DNA of 64,000 bases, taken from assembly GCA_038208295.1 (NCBI GenBank), contig JBBQYX010000009.1, positions 42 to 64,041 of the forward strand, given 5' to 3'. The position numbers and the translations under genes are program-made. The notes below the pieces were generated by a model that was given only the letters and a program-made list of their open reading frames with translations, was not told the DNA's origin and searched no databases. Of the stretch, positions 1 through 8,549 are shown one piece after another. Position 1 is the stretch's first letter, and the number at the start of each line of letters is the position of its first letter. This DNA comes from Candidatus Nanopelagicales bacterium. Lineage in GTDB: Bacteria; Actinomycetota; Actinomycetes; S36-B12; JBBQYX01.

Positions 1-625
1 GCTGCGAGCCGCGTTCGTAGCCACCCGGATCGCCGAGTGGTTCCGCGACCAAGGCGCCGATGTGTTGCTGCTGATGGACTCTGTAACACGTACAGCCTTC
101 GCCCAGCGCGAGGTCGGATTGTCCGCCGGTGAACCACCGGCCACCCGCGGATACCCCCCGAGTGTGTTCGGGCTTCTGCCCAAACTGATGGAACGAGCCG
201 GCGCTAGCGACCGGGGCACCATCACCGCGCTCTACACCGTGCTGGTCGAGGGCGACGACATCCACGACCCCATCGGTGACACGGCCCGCTCGATTCTGGA
301 CGGCCACATCGTTTTGGACCGGGCGCTGGCCACGTCGGGCCACTATCCGAGTATCGACGTGCTCGGCTCGGTGTCCCGTGTTGTCTCAGCGATTACCGAC
401 CGGTCCCAACGAGCGGATGCGACCGAGCTGCGCCGACTGCTGGCGGCCTACCGGGACAGCAAGGTGCTGTTGGAGATCGGGGCCTACGTGCCGGGCAGCG
501 ACCCGGTCGTGGACCGGGCCCGGCAGTTGATGCCCGCCATCGATGCGTTTCTCCGCCAGGACGTCGACGAGGTCTGCAGCATCGAGGAAACCTGGACGCG
601 GCTGCACGCCGTGGTGACGTCATGA
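1..625 (+). CDS. fliI: Flagellar export ATPase FliI, C-terminal part (5' end upstream of window)
   Basis: Frame of ORF 62..625 stays open back to base 2 (..RIAEWFRDQGADVLLLMDSVTRTAFAQREVGL..). T3SS/F1-type ATPase C-terminal core present (GEPPATRGYPPSVF, TITALYTVLVEGDDIHDPIGD, ILDGHIVLDRALA..GHYPSIDVLGSVSR). Followed by fliJ-fliK-flgD-flgE. Confidence 0.9.
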   Translation, partial: LRAAFVATRIAEWFRDQGADVLLLMDSVTRTAFAQREVGLSAGEPPATRGYPPSVFGLLPKLMERAGASDRGTITALYTVLVEGDDIHDPIGDTARSILDGHIVLDRALATSGHYPSIDVLGSVSRVVSAITDRSQRADATELRRLLAAYRDSKVLLEIGAYVPGSDPVVDRARQLMPAIDAFLRQDVDEVCSIEETWTRLHAVVTS

Positions 626-1140
626 GCCGCCGATCCCCCTTCGCTGTCCTGCAGCAGGTACGCGACGTCCGGGAGCGCCTGGCACGTACGGAGGCGGCTC
701 GCGCGCACCACGCTTGGGTGGAGGCAACCTCCGCCGTGGTCGACGGCGAGGAGACGCTGCGGGAGATGTCATTCCCCGACCGGGGTTCCCGGTCGAGTTT
801 CCTGGCGGCTGCTGCTGCCATGCGGGCCCAGGCGGGTGCGGTCGTCGCACTGCGGGCGGCAGCCGAGCAGCGCGCGGCAGGTAAGGAAAGTGCGCGGCAA
901 GCGTGGACGCTGGCCGAGCAGGACCGCAGCGCAGCGGAGCGGCTCATGCAGCGAGAGGCAGCTCGCGTCGAGGCCGAACGATCCCGGATGGAACAGCGGG
1001 ACCTGGACGAACTCGGCCAGCGTTCCCGCCGGCCCCAACTCGGCGGGTCTGGGCTGACAACGACGAGCGGCAGGCCTGGAGTGGCGATGCAACCTGAAGC
1101 AGTAACTCGCCCCCGATCGGCAATGGAGGAAGCGCTGTGA
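622..1140 (+). CDS. fliJ: Probable flagellar export chaperone FliJ
   Basis: 4-nt overlap with the fliI stop. 172-aa Arg/Ala/Glu-rich, coiled-coil-like protein in the slot FliJ occupies after fliI. The call is mainly positional. Confidence 0.55.
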   Translation: MSRRSPFAVLQQVRDVRERLARTEAARAHHAWVEATSAVVDGEETLREMSFPDRGSRSSFLAAAAAMRAQAGAVVALRAAAEQRAAGKESARQAWTLAEQDRSAAERLMQREAARVEAERSRMEQRDLDELGQRSRRPQLGGSGLTTTSGRPGVAMQPEAVTRPRSAMEEAL

Positions 1141-2867
1141 CCAGCACGACCGGAGTGCGCGCGCCCGGCGTTGGCGACATTGTCGCGATGCGCTCATCGT
1201 CAGTCGCTTCCGGCGGCGGCGGTAGCGAAGAGTTCGACCGTAGTCTGGCCGCGTTGGTGGCTGCCGACCGGCGCGATGATTCTCGCCGCCCGGCGGACCG
1301 ACTTGCCGCACGCACCGATCACGGGTCCGGCGACTACCGAGACCGCGCAGAGGCTAGGCCCATCGAGCGTGACGGCGCCCACCGGGAGGATCGAGTTCGT
1401 CCGCCCAGTGAGCGCTGCGACACAGCGCGCTCGGACCGGGCGCACGCAGCGGCTGCCGGTCGTGGCAGGGAAGCCCGCCGCGCCGACGCCTCCACATCCG
1501 GTGCGCAGGGGCGCCGCGCCCCTGCGTCCGGCGACGACACGACAGCGGCTGGTGGCGGCCCGGTATCGACCGGGGCTGACCCTGTCACGAACGAGCCGGG
1601 CGCGGATTCGCCGCCGGCGAGCGCCGCGCCACCCAGCGTCGCTGCGGTGGCAGCCGCGTCCGGAACCGATACGGCGGCAGCAGATCTCGTCGAGGCAGGC
1701 ACAAGCGCCGGGTCGGCCTCGACCGGCGCGGCCGCCTCCGTAGCGGCCGTGGCGATGAGCGCCGGAGAAACTGCGCCGAACGCCAGCCCTGGCGCGGCCA
1801 ACGCCGCCACGGCCGGGTCCGATCCGGCACCCACCGGTGTGGTCGGCGACCGCGCCGCGGGCAACTCGGCAGCGGGGGTTCCCTCAGTGGCGAGTCCGGA
1901 GGTCGACGACGCGCACATCGTGGTGCCACCCAGCGCGAGCATGTCGCGCGGTGTGACGCCCGCGTCCGACGCTGCCGATGTCGCAGCGCAGGCCGCGCTC
2001 GCGCGGACCTCAGCGGGACTGGCCGGCAACGACGGACCTGTTGGATCCGGGAGTTCCACGGCAACCGCCGTTGCGCCGCAACCACTCGCGGTCAGCAAGG
2101 ACGGTCCGATGGCAGGCCCGACTCCTGCTACCGCAACACCGAGTTCGGCCCCTGCGCCGTCTTCGGCGCCGGTCGGGGCAGGGACGGCACCCCATCCGCC
2201 GGGACCCGGTCACGCGAGCGCAGCAGGTGTGCCTGGCGTGCCTGTAACCGCCGCCCCCGTCGCCCCCGTCGCCGAGTCCACGGTCCTGCGTACTGAGCAA
2301 CCCGGCAAACCGACCTCCGCCAACGAACCCGCTGCCAGTCGAATCGACGCGTTGGGAGCAACCGTCACCACCGCCACTCCTGCAACCGAGAATGCACGGG
2401 CCACAGTACGTACCAGCGCACCGATGACCGACCCGGCCCTGACGGCAGCCCAACTCGCGCCCCGAATCATGGGACTGCGTCGTCTTGCGGATGGAACACA
2501 TCATCTGACGATAACGGTGCACCCGCAGGAGATCGGGACGGTACGGATCAGCGTCGAACTGCAGGCAGGGACAATCAGCCTGGCCCTATTGGGGTCGGAC
2601 GAGACGGCCCGCGCGCTGCTGCGGGATGCCCTGCCGGCCCTGCGACGCGAACTCAGCGACGCTGGCCTGACGCTGGGTTCCACCGACGCTCCCGATCCCG
2701 GCACTTCAGGTTTCGGTGGTCACGGTCGAACACAGCAGGGAGACGTCGATGCAGGCCCCGACTGGAGGCGTGCCCCGGCACCACAGCCACGGGACGCGCC
2801 TGCCACCCCCGTTCGCCATCCGCGTGCAGCCCCGGCCCATGCCGGTGCCGTCGATCTCAGCCTGTAA
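1137..2867 (+). CDS. fliK: Flagellar hook-length control protein FliK
   Basis: GTGA overlap with fliJ. Long Ala/Pro/Ser/Thr low-complexity N-part. C-terminal hook-length-control type domain (HLTITVHPQEIGTVRISVELQAGTISLALLGSDETARALLRDALPALRRELSDAGLTLG). Lies between fliJ and flgD. Confidence 0.75.
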   Translation: MTSTTGVRAPGVGDIVAMRSSSVASGGGGSEEFDRSLAALVAADRRDDSRRPADRLAARTDHGSGDYRDRAEARPIERDGAHREDRVRPPSERCDTARSDRAHAAAAGRGREARRADASTSGAQGRRAPASGDDTTAAGGGPVSTGADPVTNEPGADSPPASAAPPSVAAVAAASGTDTAAADLVEAGTSAGSASTGAAASVAAVAMSAGETAPNASPGAANAATAGSDPAPTGVVGDRAAGNSAAGVPSVASPEVDDAHIVVPPSASMSRGVTPASDAADVAAQAALARTSAGLAGNDGPVGSGSSTATAVAPQPLAVSKDGPMAGPTPATATPSSAPAPSSAPVGAGTAPHPPGPGHASAAGVPGVPVTAAPVAPVAESTVLRTEQPGKPTSANEPAASRIDALGATVTTATPATENARATVRTSAPMTDPALTAAQLAPRIMGLRRLADGTHHLTITVHPQEIGTVRISVELQAGTISLALLGSDETARALLRDALPALRRELSDAGLTLGSTDAPDPGTSGFGGHGRTQQGDVDAGPDWRRAPAPQPRDAPATPVRHPRAAPAHAGAVDLSL

Positions 2868-2876
2868 AGGAGCAAC

Positions 2877-3416
2877 GTGACCACCACCGGCGCCGTCGGC
2901 TCGACGAACGCGGCCGCACAGATCGGGGCGAACTCAGACAGGCAGATCGACCCGTCCCTAAAGAAGGACAAGAATGCCCTCGGGCAGGATGCGTTCCTGA
3001 AACTCCTGATCGCGCAGTTGAAGAACCAGGATCCCATGGACCCGGTCAAGGGCGCCGACTTCGTGGCACAGACCGCTCAGTTCTCGGTAGTCGAGAAACT
3101 TGAGGAGATGTCTCGGCAGAACGAGTCGTCGCTGTCCAGCCAGCGGATGCTGCAGGCCAGCACCCTGGTCGGGGCGCACGTGACATACACCGACAGCAAA
3201 GGCGCAACCCGGCAGGGCCAGGTGTCCTCGGTCATCATCTCCGGCGCTGACCCCGTACTCAAGATCGGTACGGATCAGGTGTCCATGGGGGCCGTCAGCG
3301 AGGTCTCAGCTGCCGCTCCCGTCAAGACGACGCCAGCCGCGGGCGCGACCCCGACAACGACGAATCCCCCAGCAGAATCCACTTCGAACACCGATCAATC
3401 CACCCCGGCTGCCTGA
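2877..3416 (+). CDS. flgD: Flagellar hook capping/assembly protein FlgD
   Basis: AAGGAG 4 nt upstream of the GTG start. N-terminal FlgD signature LGQDAFLKLLIAQLKNQDPMDP..DFVAQTAQFSVVEKL. Confidence 0.85.
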   Translation: MTTTGAVGSTNAAAQIGANSDRQIDPSLKKDKNALGQDAFLKLLIAQLKNQDPMDPVKGADFVAQTAQFSVVEKLEEMSRQNESSLSSQRMLQASTLVGAHVTYTDSKGATRQGQVSSVIISGADPVLKIGTDQVSMGAVSEVSAAAPVKTTPAAGATPTTTNPPAESTSNTDQSTPAA

Positions 3417-3444
3417 GCCCCTTTCCCCACCCAGGAGACATCTC

Positions 3445-4674
3445 ATGTTGCGTTCCCTGTTCTCCGGAATCTCCGGCCTGCGCAGTCACCAGACCATGAT
3501 GGACGTGGTCGGCAACAACATCGCCAATGTCAACACGGTCGGCTATAAGTCGAGCAACGTGGTCTTCGAGGACACCTTGTCCCAGATGGTCAAGGGTGCC
3601 GGTGCGCCGCAAGGTGGCAACGCCGGCACGAACCCTGCCCAGGTCGGTCTCGGTGTCAAGGTCGCCGGTATCACCACCAACTACTCCCAGGGCGCGGCCC
3701 AACTCACCGGTCGCAGCACCGACCTGATGATCCAGGGCGATGGGTTCTTCGTCGTGAAGAACGGAAACGAGCCGCTGTACTCGCGTGCGGGCGCCTTCTC
3801 GCTGGACGCCGGCGGCCGGCTGACCACACCGGACGGCATGATCGTGCAGGGCTGGACCGGGGTGAATGGGGTCATCGCGACCACGGCTCAGCCCGGAAAC
3901 GTGGTGCTACCGATCGGGACCCTGCTGCCGCCGGTCGGGACGAAGACCACCGTGCTCGGTGGAAACCTGCCCGCGGATGCGAAGCCCGGAGCCAAGTACA
4001 TGGCGTCGATCACGACGTACGACTCGTTGGGCAAAGAGACGCTGCTCAACTTCACGTTCGACAACACGGCGGTGGCGGCTCCTCCGGCGCCGGACCCGCT
4101 TCCCTCGTGGACGCTCCACGTTGCCGACGCAGCGGACCCTGCGACGGATCTCGTATCGACCGGACTCACCTTCGACGCCGCCGGGCAGCTGACGTCGCCG
4201 GCCGCAGGTTCCTGGCCGTCATTCGGTACTCCGGCTGTCTCGGTCGACCTCGCCGGCCTGTCCCAGTACGGCGGCTCGTCCACCGTCTCAGCCTTGAGCC
4301 AGGACGGCACCGCGATGGGGTCGCTGCAGTCGTTCTCCATCTCCCCCGACGGCACGATGGTCGGGGTGTTCTCCAATGGGATGAAGCAGCCACTGGCCCA
4401 GATCGCTCTGGCTGCATTCAATAATCCGCCCGGCCTGGAGAAGGTCGGCAACTCGACCTACCGGACCACAGTCAACTCCGGCTCGGCGCAGCTGGGCATC
4501 GCCGGCGGCGGCGGTCGTGGTCTGCTGGCCGGCGGCATGCTGGAGATGAGCAACGTCGACCTGGCCGCGGAATTCACCAACCTGATCGTCAGCCAGCGCG
4601 GCTTCCAGGCGAACAGCCGCGTCATCACCGCCTCCGACGAGATCCTCCAGGACCTGGTCAACCTCAAGCGGTAG
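3445..4674 (+). CDS. flgE: Flagellar hook protein FlgE
   Basis: AGGAG upstream of the ATG start. Conserved rod/hook termini MLRSLFSGISGLRSHQTMMDVVGNNIANVNTVGYK and SNVDLAAEFTNLIVSQRGFQANSRVITASDEILQDLVNLKR. Confidence 0.92.
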   Translation: MLRSLFSGISGLRSHQTMMDVVGNNIANVNTVGYKSSNVVFEDTLSQMVKGAGAPQGGNAGTNPAQVGLGVKVAGITTNYSQGAAQLTGRSTDLMIQGDGFFVVKNGNEPLYSRAGAFSLDAGGRLTTPDGMIVQGWTGVNGVIATTAQPGNVVLPIGTLLPPVGTKTTVLGGNLPADAKPGAKYMASITTYDSLGKETLLNFTFDNTAVAAPPAPDPLPSWTLHVADAADPATDLVSTGLTFDAAGQLTSPAAGSWPSFGTPAVSVDLAGLSQYGGSSTVSALSQDGTAMGSLQSFSISPDGTMVGVFSNGMKQPLAQIALAAFNNPPGLEKVGNSTYRTTVNSGSAQLGIAGGGGRGLLAGGMLEMSNVDLAAEFTNLIVSQRGFQANSRVITASDEILQDLVNLKR

Positions 4675-4705
4675 TCCCAAGCGTGGTAGTGCCGCAGTGG
4701 TCGGT

Positions 4706-4734
4706 GGGGTCGGGTTCCTTCGGAGCCCGGCCCC
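4706..4734 (+). terminator. GC-rich hairpin after flgE (candidate terminator or attenuator, no T-tract)
   Basis: GGGGTCGGGTTC(C)-TTC-(G)GAGCCCGGCCCC: a 12-13 bp stem including two G-T wobbles, 32 nt after the flgE stop codon. Confidence 0.4.
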
Positions 4735-4809
4735 GTCGCTGCGCTCGGACTAGCACCGGACCAAGCACAAAATGAGCCTCGAACGGTCCCCCTCCGCGGC
4801 GCAATCGGC

Positions 4810-4836
4810 TCAGCCTTGGGGCCCGCGAACCGATAG
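4810..4836 (+). promoter_or_regulatory. Candidate sigma-28 (FliA/WhiG-type) promoter for flbD-motAB...
   Basis: TCAG-N15-ACCGATAG read directly. The CGATAGGA core is shared with the sites at 17581 and 28128. Compare the known sigma-28 consensus TAAA-N15-GCCGATAA. Lies 47-56 nt upstream of the plausible flbD starts. Confidence 0.45.
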
Positions 4837-4882
4837 GACAGATACCTGGGTGCCATGGATGGCGCCCGCGGATCGACCAGGG

Positions 4883-5221
4883 ATGGCTGCCGTGATCATG
4901 CTCACGCGTCTGAATGGGGTCGCCTTCGGCCTCAATCCAGACCTGATCGAGCGCGCCGACAGCACCCCCGATACGGTCCTGACCCTCGTCGACGGCACCA
5001 AGTACGTCATCTGCGAGAGCGTCTCCGAAGTCATCGCCAAGGTCCGCTGGCTGCGCGCCTCCATCCTGGCTGCCGCAGCGGACTTCGAGAGCAGCGGACT
5101 GCGATCCCTGGACGACAGCGACGCGGATGACGCGGGCGGGGACGAACCGAGCATCCCCCGTACCTCCCACCGGGCCCACCACGGCCGCCTTGAAGTCCTG
5201 CCGTTCACCCGGAGCACCTGA
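4883..5221 (+). CDS. flbD: Flagellar protein FlbD
   Basis: (V)IMLTRLNGVAFGLNPDLIERADSTPDTVLTLVDGTKYVICESVSEVIAKV matches the FlbD family pattern. The ORF-track start 4772 lies upstream of the candidate promoter. ATG 4883 or GTG 4892 is more plausible. Confidence 0.8.
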   Translation: MAAVIMLTRLNGVAFGLNPDLIERADSTPDTVLTLVDGTKYVICESVSEVIAKVRWLRASILAAAADFESSGLRSLDDSDADDAGGDEPSIPRTSHRAHHGRLEVLPFTRST

Positions 5222-5994
5222 TGGATCCGGCCACGCTGATCGGCATCGGCGCCGCCCTCCTGGCGATCTTCGGTGCGATGATCATGGAGGGCGGGTCTCC
5301 CATGGAGATCATCCTCATCCCTCCGTTGATCCTGGTGTTCGTGGGGACTTTCGGAGTCGGCATCGCCGGCGGGCTGATGGACGAGGCCAAGGCCATCCCC
5401 GGCAGCCTGCAGAAGGCGCTGCTGAAGGGCAAGCAGGTCGAGGGCGACATCGTCGCCACCATCGTCCACCTCGCCGAGAAGGCTCGGCGTGAGGGGCTTC
5501 TCGCCCTCGAGGACGCCATGCGCGACATCGACGACCCGTTCCTGAAAAAGGGTCTGGAACTCGCTGTCGACGGCACTGACCCCGATGGCCTCGCCGAGAT
5601 CCTGGATGCGGAGATCGACGGCAAGCGAGTACGCGATACCCGGGAAGCGAAGATCTTCAACGATATGGGTGGCTATGCCCCCACCATCGGCATCATCGGT
5701 ACGGTCATCGGCCTGGTCGGAGTTCTCGGCAACCTGGAGAACCCGTCCGAACTGGGCCACATGATTGCCGGCGCCTTCGTTGCCACTTTGTGGGGCGTGC
5801 TGTCCGCCAACGTGTTCTGGCTGCCGATCGGCAACAAGCTCAAGCGCGTCAGCGATGCCGAATGCGCCCAGATGAGCCTCATCGTGGAAGGCATTTTGGC
5901 GATCCAGTCCGGCGCCAACCCGCGCATGGTGGACCGCAAACTGCGGGCACTGCTGCCCAGCGCCCCGGCTGCGGAGAAGAAGAAGGCCGCCTGA
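5221..5994 (+). CDS. motA: Flagellar stator protein MotA
   Basis: TGATG junction with flbD. MotA/TolQ/ExbB-type membrane protein (PTIGIIGTVIGLV, AFVATLWGVLSANVFWLPIGNKL). Followed by motB. Confidence 0.9.
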   Translation: MDPATLIGIGAALLAIFGAMIMEGGSPMEIILIPPLILVFVGTFGVGIAGGLMDEAKAIPGSLQKALLKGKQVEGDIVATIVHLAEKARREGLLALEDAMRDIDDPFLKKGLELAVDGTDPDGLAEILDAEIDGKRVRDTREAKIFNDMGGYAPTIGIIGTVIGLVGVLGNLENPSELGHMIAGAFVATLWGVLSANVFWLPIGNKLKRVSDAECAQMSLIVEGILAIQSGANPRMVDRKLRALLPSAPAAEKKKAA

Positions 5995-5995
5995 G

Positions 5996-6931
5996 ATGTC
6001 GGCCAACACCAAGGGCCGCCGCAAGAAGGCGGCGCACGCCGAGGAGCATGTCAACCACGAGCGTTGGCTGATCACGTACGGCGACATGCTGACCCTGCTG
6101 ATGGTGTTGTTCATCGTCCTGTTCGCCATCAGCCAGGTGGACCAGAAAAAGTTCAACGAGCTCAAGGACGGGATGGCCGCCGGCTTCGGCACCTCACCGC
6201 AACTCATGGACGGAAGCGCCAGCGTGCTGCCCGCCAGCGCCATGGACAGGACCCCATTCGACCCGCACAGCGGGATGATCATCCGACCCGATGTTGCGGG
6301 CGACCTGGCCAAGGAAACCACCAAGGAGGTCACCAGCGGCGCCGCGCGGGCCAAGCAGGCCAGCGACCAACTGAAGAAGATCATCCAGGCAGCGAACATG
6401 GCCATGGCCAAGGCCCGCATCGAGGGGAGTCTTCAGGCGGCCGGACTCAGCAAGGACGTGCTCATGCAGATCGATGAGCGCGGACTCGTCGTGAGTCTGA
6501 TCACCAATAAGGCCCTGTTCGATGCCGACAGCGCCCAGTTGCGACCCGTTACCCGGACCCTGCTGGCCGCCATCGCCCCCGCTCTGCACGACCTGCCCAA
6601 CAACGTCGCCGTGGAGGGGCATACCAATACCGTCCCGGTGAAACCCAAGAACTTCCCGACGGAATGGGAGCTGTCCTCGGCCCGCGCCGTCACCGTTGCC
6701 AGGTACCTGATCTCGGCGGGCGTCCAGCCGCGACGCGTCTCCGCGACCGGCCTGGCCGACCAGCACCCGCTGCTACCCGCCAGCGACCCGCGCTCGACCG
6801 CCGCAAACCGGCGCGTGGACGTCGTCGTGCTGGCAGATCTCGGTCTCATTCCAGACGTCAAGGGCGCCAGCGTCACCGTACCCACCACCACCACCACCGA
6901 CCCCACCACAACGGGAGGAAGCCATGGCTGA
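5996..6931 (+). CDS. motB: Flagellar stator protein MotB (OmpA-like C-terminal domain)
   Basis: N-terminal plug/TM region ERWLITYGDMLTLLMVLFIVLFAIS with the conserved Asp. C-terminal OmpA-like region VEGHTN..P......EWELSSARAVTVARYL..GV...RVSATGLADQHPL......NRRVDVVV. Confidence 0.9.
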   Translation: MSANTKGRRKKAAHAEEHVNHERWLITYGDMLTLLMVLFIVLFAISQVDQKKFNELKDGMAAGFGTSPQLMDGSASVLPASAMDRTPFDPHSGMIIRPDVAGDLAKETTKEVTSGAARAKQASDQLKKIIQAANMAMAKARIEGSLQAAGLSKDVLMQIDERGLVVSLITNKALFDADSAQLRPVTRTLLAAIAPALHDLPNNVAVEGHTNTVPVKPKNFPTEWELSSARAVTVARYLISAGVQPRRVSATGLADQHPLLPASDPRSTAANRRVDVVVLADLGLIPDVKGASVTVPTTTTTDPTTTGGSHG

Positions 6932-7400
6932 CAGTGCCCTCAAGGCGCCCACTGCCAAGGGCGATCCGAAGAACCCGTCGGACGCAACCGAGGAAAAGCC
7001 AAAGAAGAAGAAGGGCAAGAAGAAGCTCATCGTCATCCTGCTGGTGGTGGTGCTGCTCGCCGTCGTCTACCTGAAGTTCGTCAAGGGTGGAGCCCCCGCC
7101 GGGCCGGTCGCGCCGGTGGCCGGCGCGGTCGTCAAGGTCGAGCCGATCTACCTCAACCTCGCCGACGGGCACTACCTCAAACTGGGCCTCGCCCTGCAGG
7201 CGACCGCCAGCGCGCCCAAGGAAGTCGACGGCAGCAAGGCCCTCGATGCGGCCATCGACGTCTTCAGCAACATGACCGTGGATCAGCTGACGACACCGGC
7301 CACCCGGCAGGCGGCGAAGCTGAAGCTCACCGAACGCGTCGTCGAGGACTACGAGGACGAGGTCATGGACGTCTACCTCACGGAGTTCGTCACCCAGTAG
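6924..7400 (+). CDS. fliL: Flagellar basal-body-associated protein FliL
   Basis: Overlaps the motB end. Lys-rich N-terminus, single TM (LIVILLVVVLLAVVYL), then a FliL-type region (PIYLNLADGHYLKLGLALQ..). Lies between motB and fliM. Confidence 0.8.
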   Translation: MADSALKAPTAKGDPKNPSDATEEKPKKKKGKKKLIVILLVVVLLAVVYLKFVKGGAPAGPVAPVAGAVVKVEPIYLNLADGHYLKLGLALQATASAPKEVDGSKALDAAIDVFSNMTVDQLTTPATRQAAKLKLTERVVEDYEDEVMDVYLTEFVTQ

Positions 7401-7418
7401 CCCCCACCGGCGGCACGG

Positions 7419-8549
7419 ATGCTGCCTCTCACGCGTTCCGCGGCAAGGAAGCCGCGGCAGGCACCACCCCCACCCTCGTATCAGTCGTGCCCGGCAAATC
7501 CTCAAGAGGACGTCGGATCGGCCGATGAGACTTCCGTGAGCGTGGACACCGCAACCGGCCCGACCTCCGGCAGCGGCGTGCCCGTCCCGGCCCAGCCCAA
7601 CCCGGTTCAGGCCAGCGCGGTATCGAGCGGCGGTAATTCAGGTGCCCGCAAGGGGAAGCCGACCGGGGAGGCCCGGCTCTACGACTTCCGCCGTCCCACC
7701 AAGTTGTCCCGTGACCACGTCCGGGTCCTCGAGATCGCCCTGGACACCTTTGCCCGGCAGTGGACCACCCTGCTGACGACCACCCTGCGGGCCGTCTCGA
7801 CGGTCTCCCTGCGCAGCATCCAGCAGCTGACCTACGACGAGTACGTCGGCTCGTTGCCCAGCCCGACCGTCATGATGATCCTTTCGGTGGAGCCGCTCGA
7901 AGGCGCCGGCATCTTGCAGTTCTCCCTCGACAGCGCCATGACCTCCGTCGATCATCTGCTCGGCGGCCCGGGCCTTCCGCCCCAGCCGGAGCGAGCACTG
8001 ACCGAGATCGAGTCGATGCTGCTCAAGGGCGTCGTCGACCGCGTCCTGCACGAGCTGACCTACGCCACTGAAACGCTCATGAAGATCGAGCCGGTGATCG
8101 TCAACATCGAGCACAACCCCCAGTTCGCGCAGGCGGCCGCCCCCTCGGACCTGGTGATCGTCATGTCCTTTGACATGAAGATCGGGGCCGACGAGTGCGT
8201 CGCCACCCTCTGCCTGCCCTTTAACGACGTCTTCCCGCACTTGGAGAAGGCCATCGCCGGTAGCGGATTCGGCCGGGACAGGCGGGACCGAGAAGCCGCC
8301 GCGCTGGAGGTGGCGACCCGACTCGGGGTCGTGCCCGTGGATGTCTCGGTCCGCTTCACCCCCACCGTCGTGCGGATGTCCGACGTTGTGAACCTGCAGG
8401 TCGGCGACGTTCTGCCCCTGGCCCACCCGGTGTCCCAGCCGCTGGCCATCACCGCGGCGGGCGTCACCTTCGCGTACGCAGTCCCCGGCAGTGAAGGCAA
8501 AAGCCTGGCCTGCCTCATCGTGAACCCGCCCCAGGAGGCCGACTCATGA
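7419..8549 (+). CDS. fliM: Flagellar motor switch protein FliM
   Basis: ARLYDFRRPTKLSRDHVRVLEIALDTFARQWTTLLTTTLR...LQFSLDSAMTSVDHLLGG is typical FliM. Third-position GC is low before about 7536, so the true start may be GTG 7536 rather than 7419. Confidence 0.85.
   Translation: MLPLTRSAARKPRQAPPPPSYQSCPANPQEDVGSADETSVSVDTATGPTSGSGVPVPAQPNPVQASAVSSGGNSGARKGKPTGEARLYDFRRPTKLSRDHVRVLEIALDTFARQWTTLLTTTLRAVSTVSLRSIQQLTYDEYVGSLPSPTVMMILSVEPLEGAGILQFSLDSAMTSVDHLLGGPGLPPQPERALTEIESMLLKGVVDRVLHELTYATETLMKIEPVIVNIEHNPQFAQAAAPSDLVIVMSFDMKIGADECVATLCLPFNDVFPHLEKAIAGSGFGRDRRDREAAALEVATRLGVVPVDVSVRFTPTVVRMSDVVNLQVGDVLPLAHPVSQPLAITAAGVTFAYAVPGSEGKSLACLIVNPPQEADS

Noticed and set aside
4810-6420. 536-aa minus-strand ORF covering flbD, motA and part of motB
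   Set aside because: It is antisense to three genes with clear family signatures. The translation is Ala/Arg/Ser/Pro-rich with no motifs, as expected for the complementary frame of GC3-biased genes.
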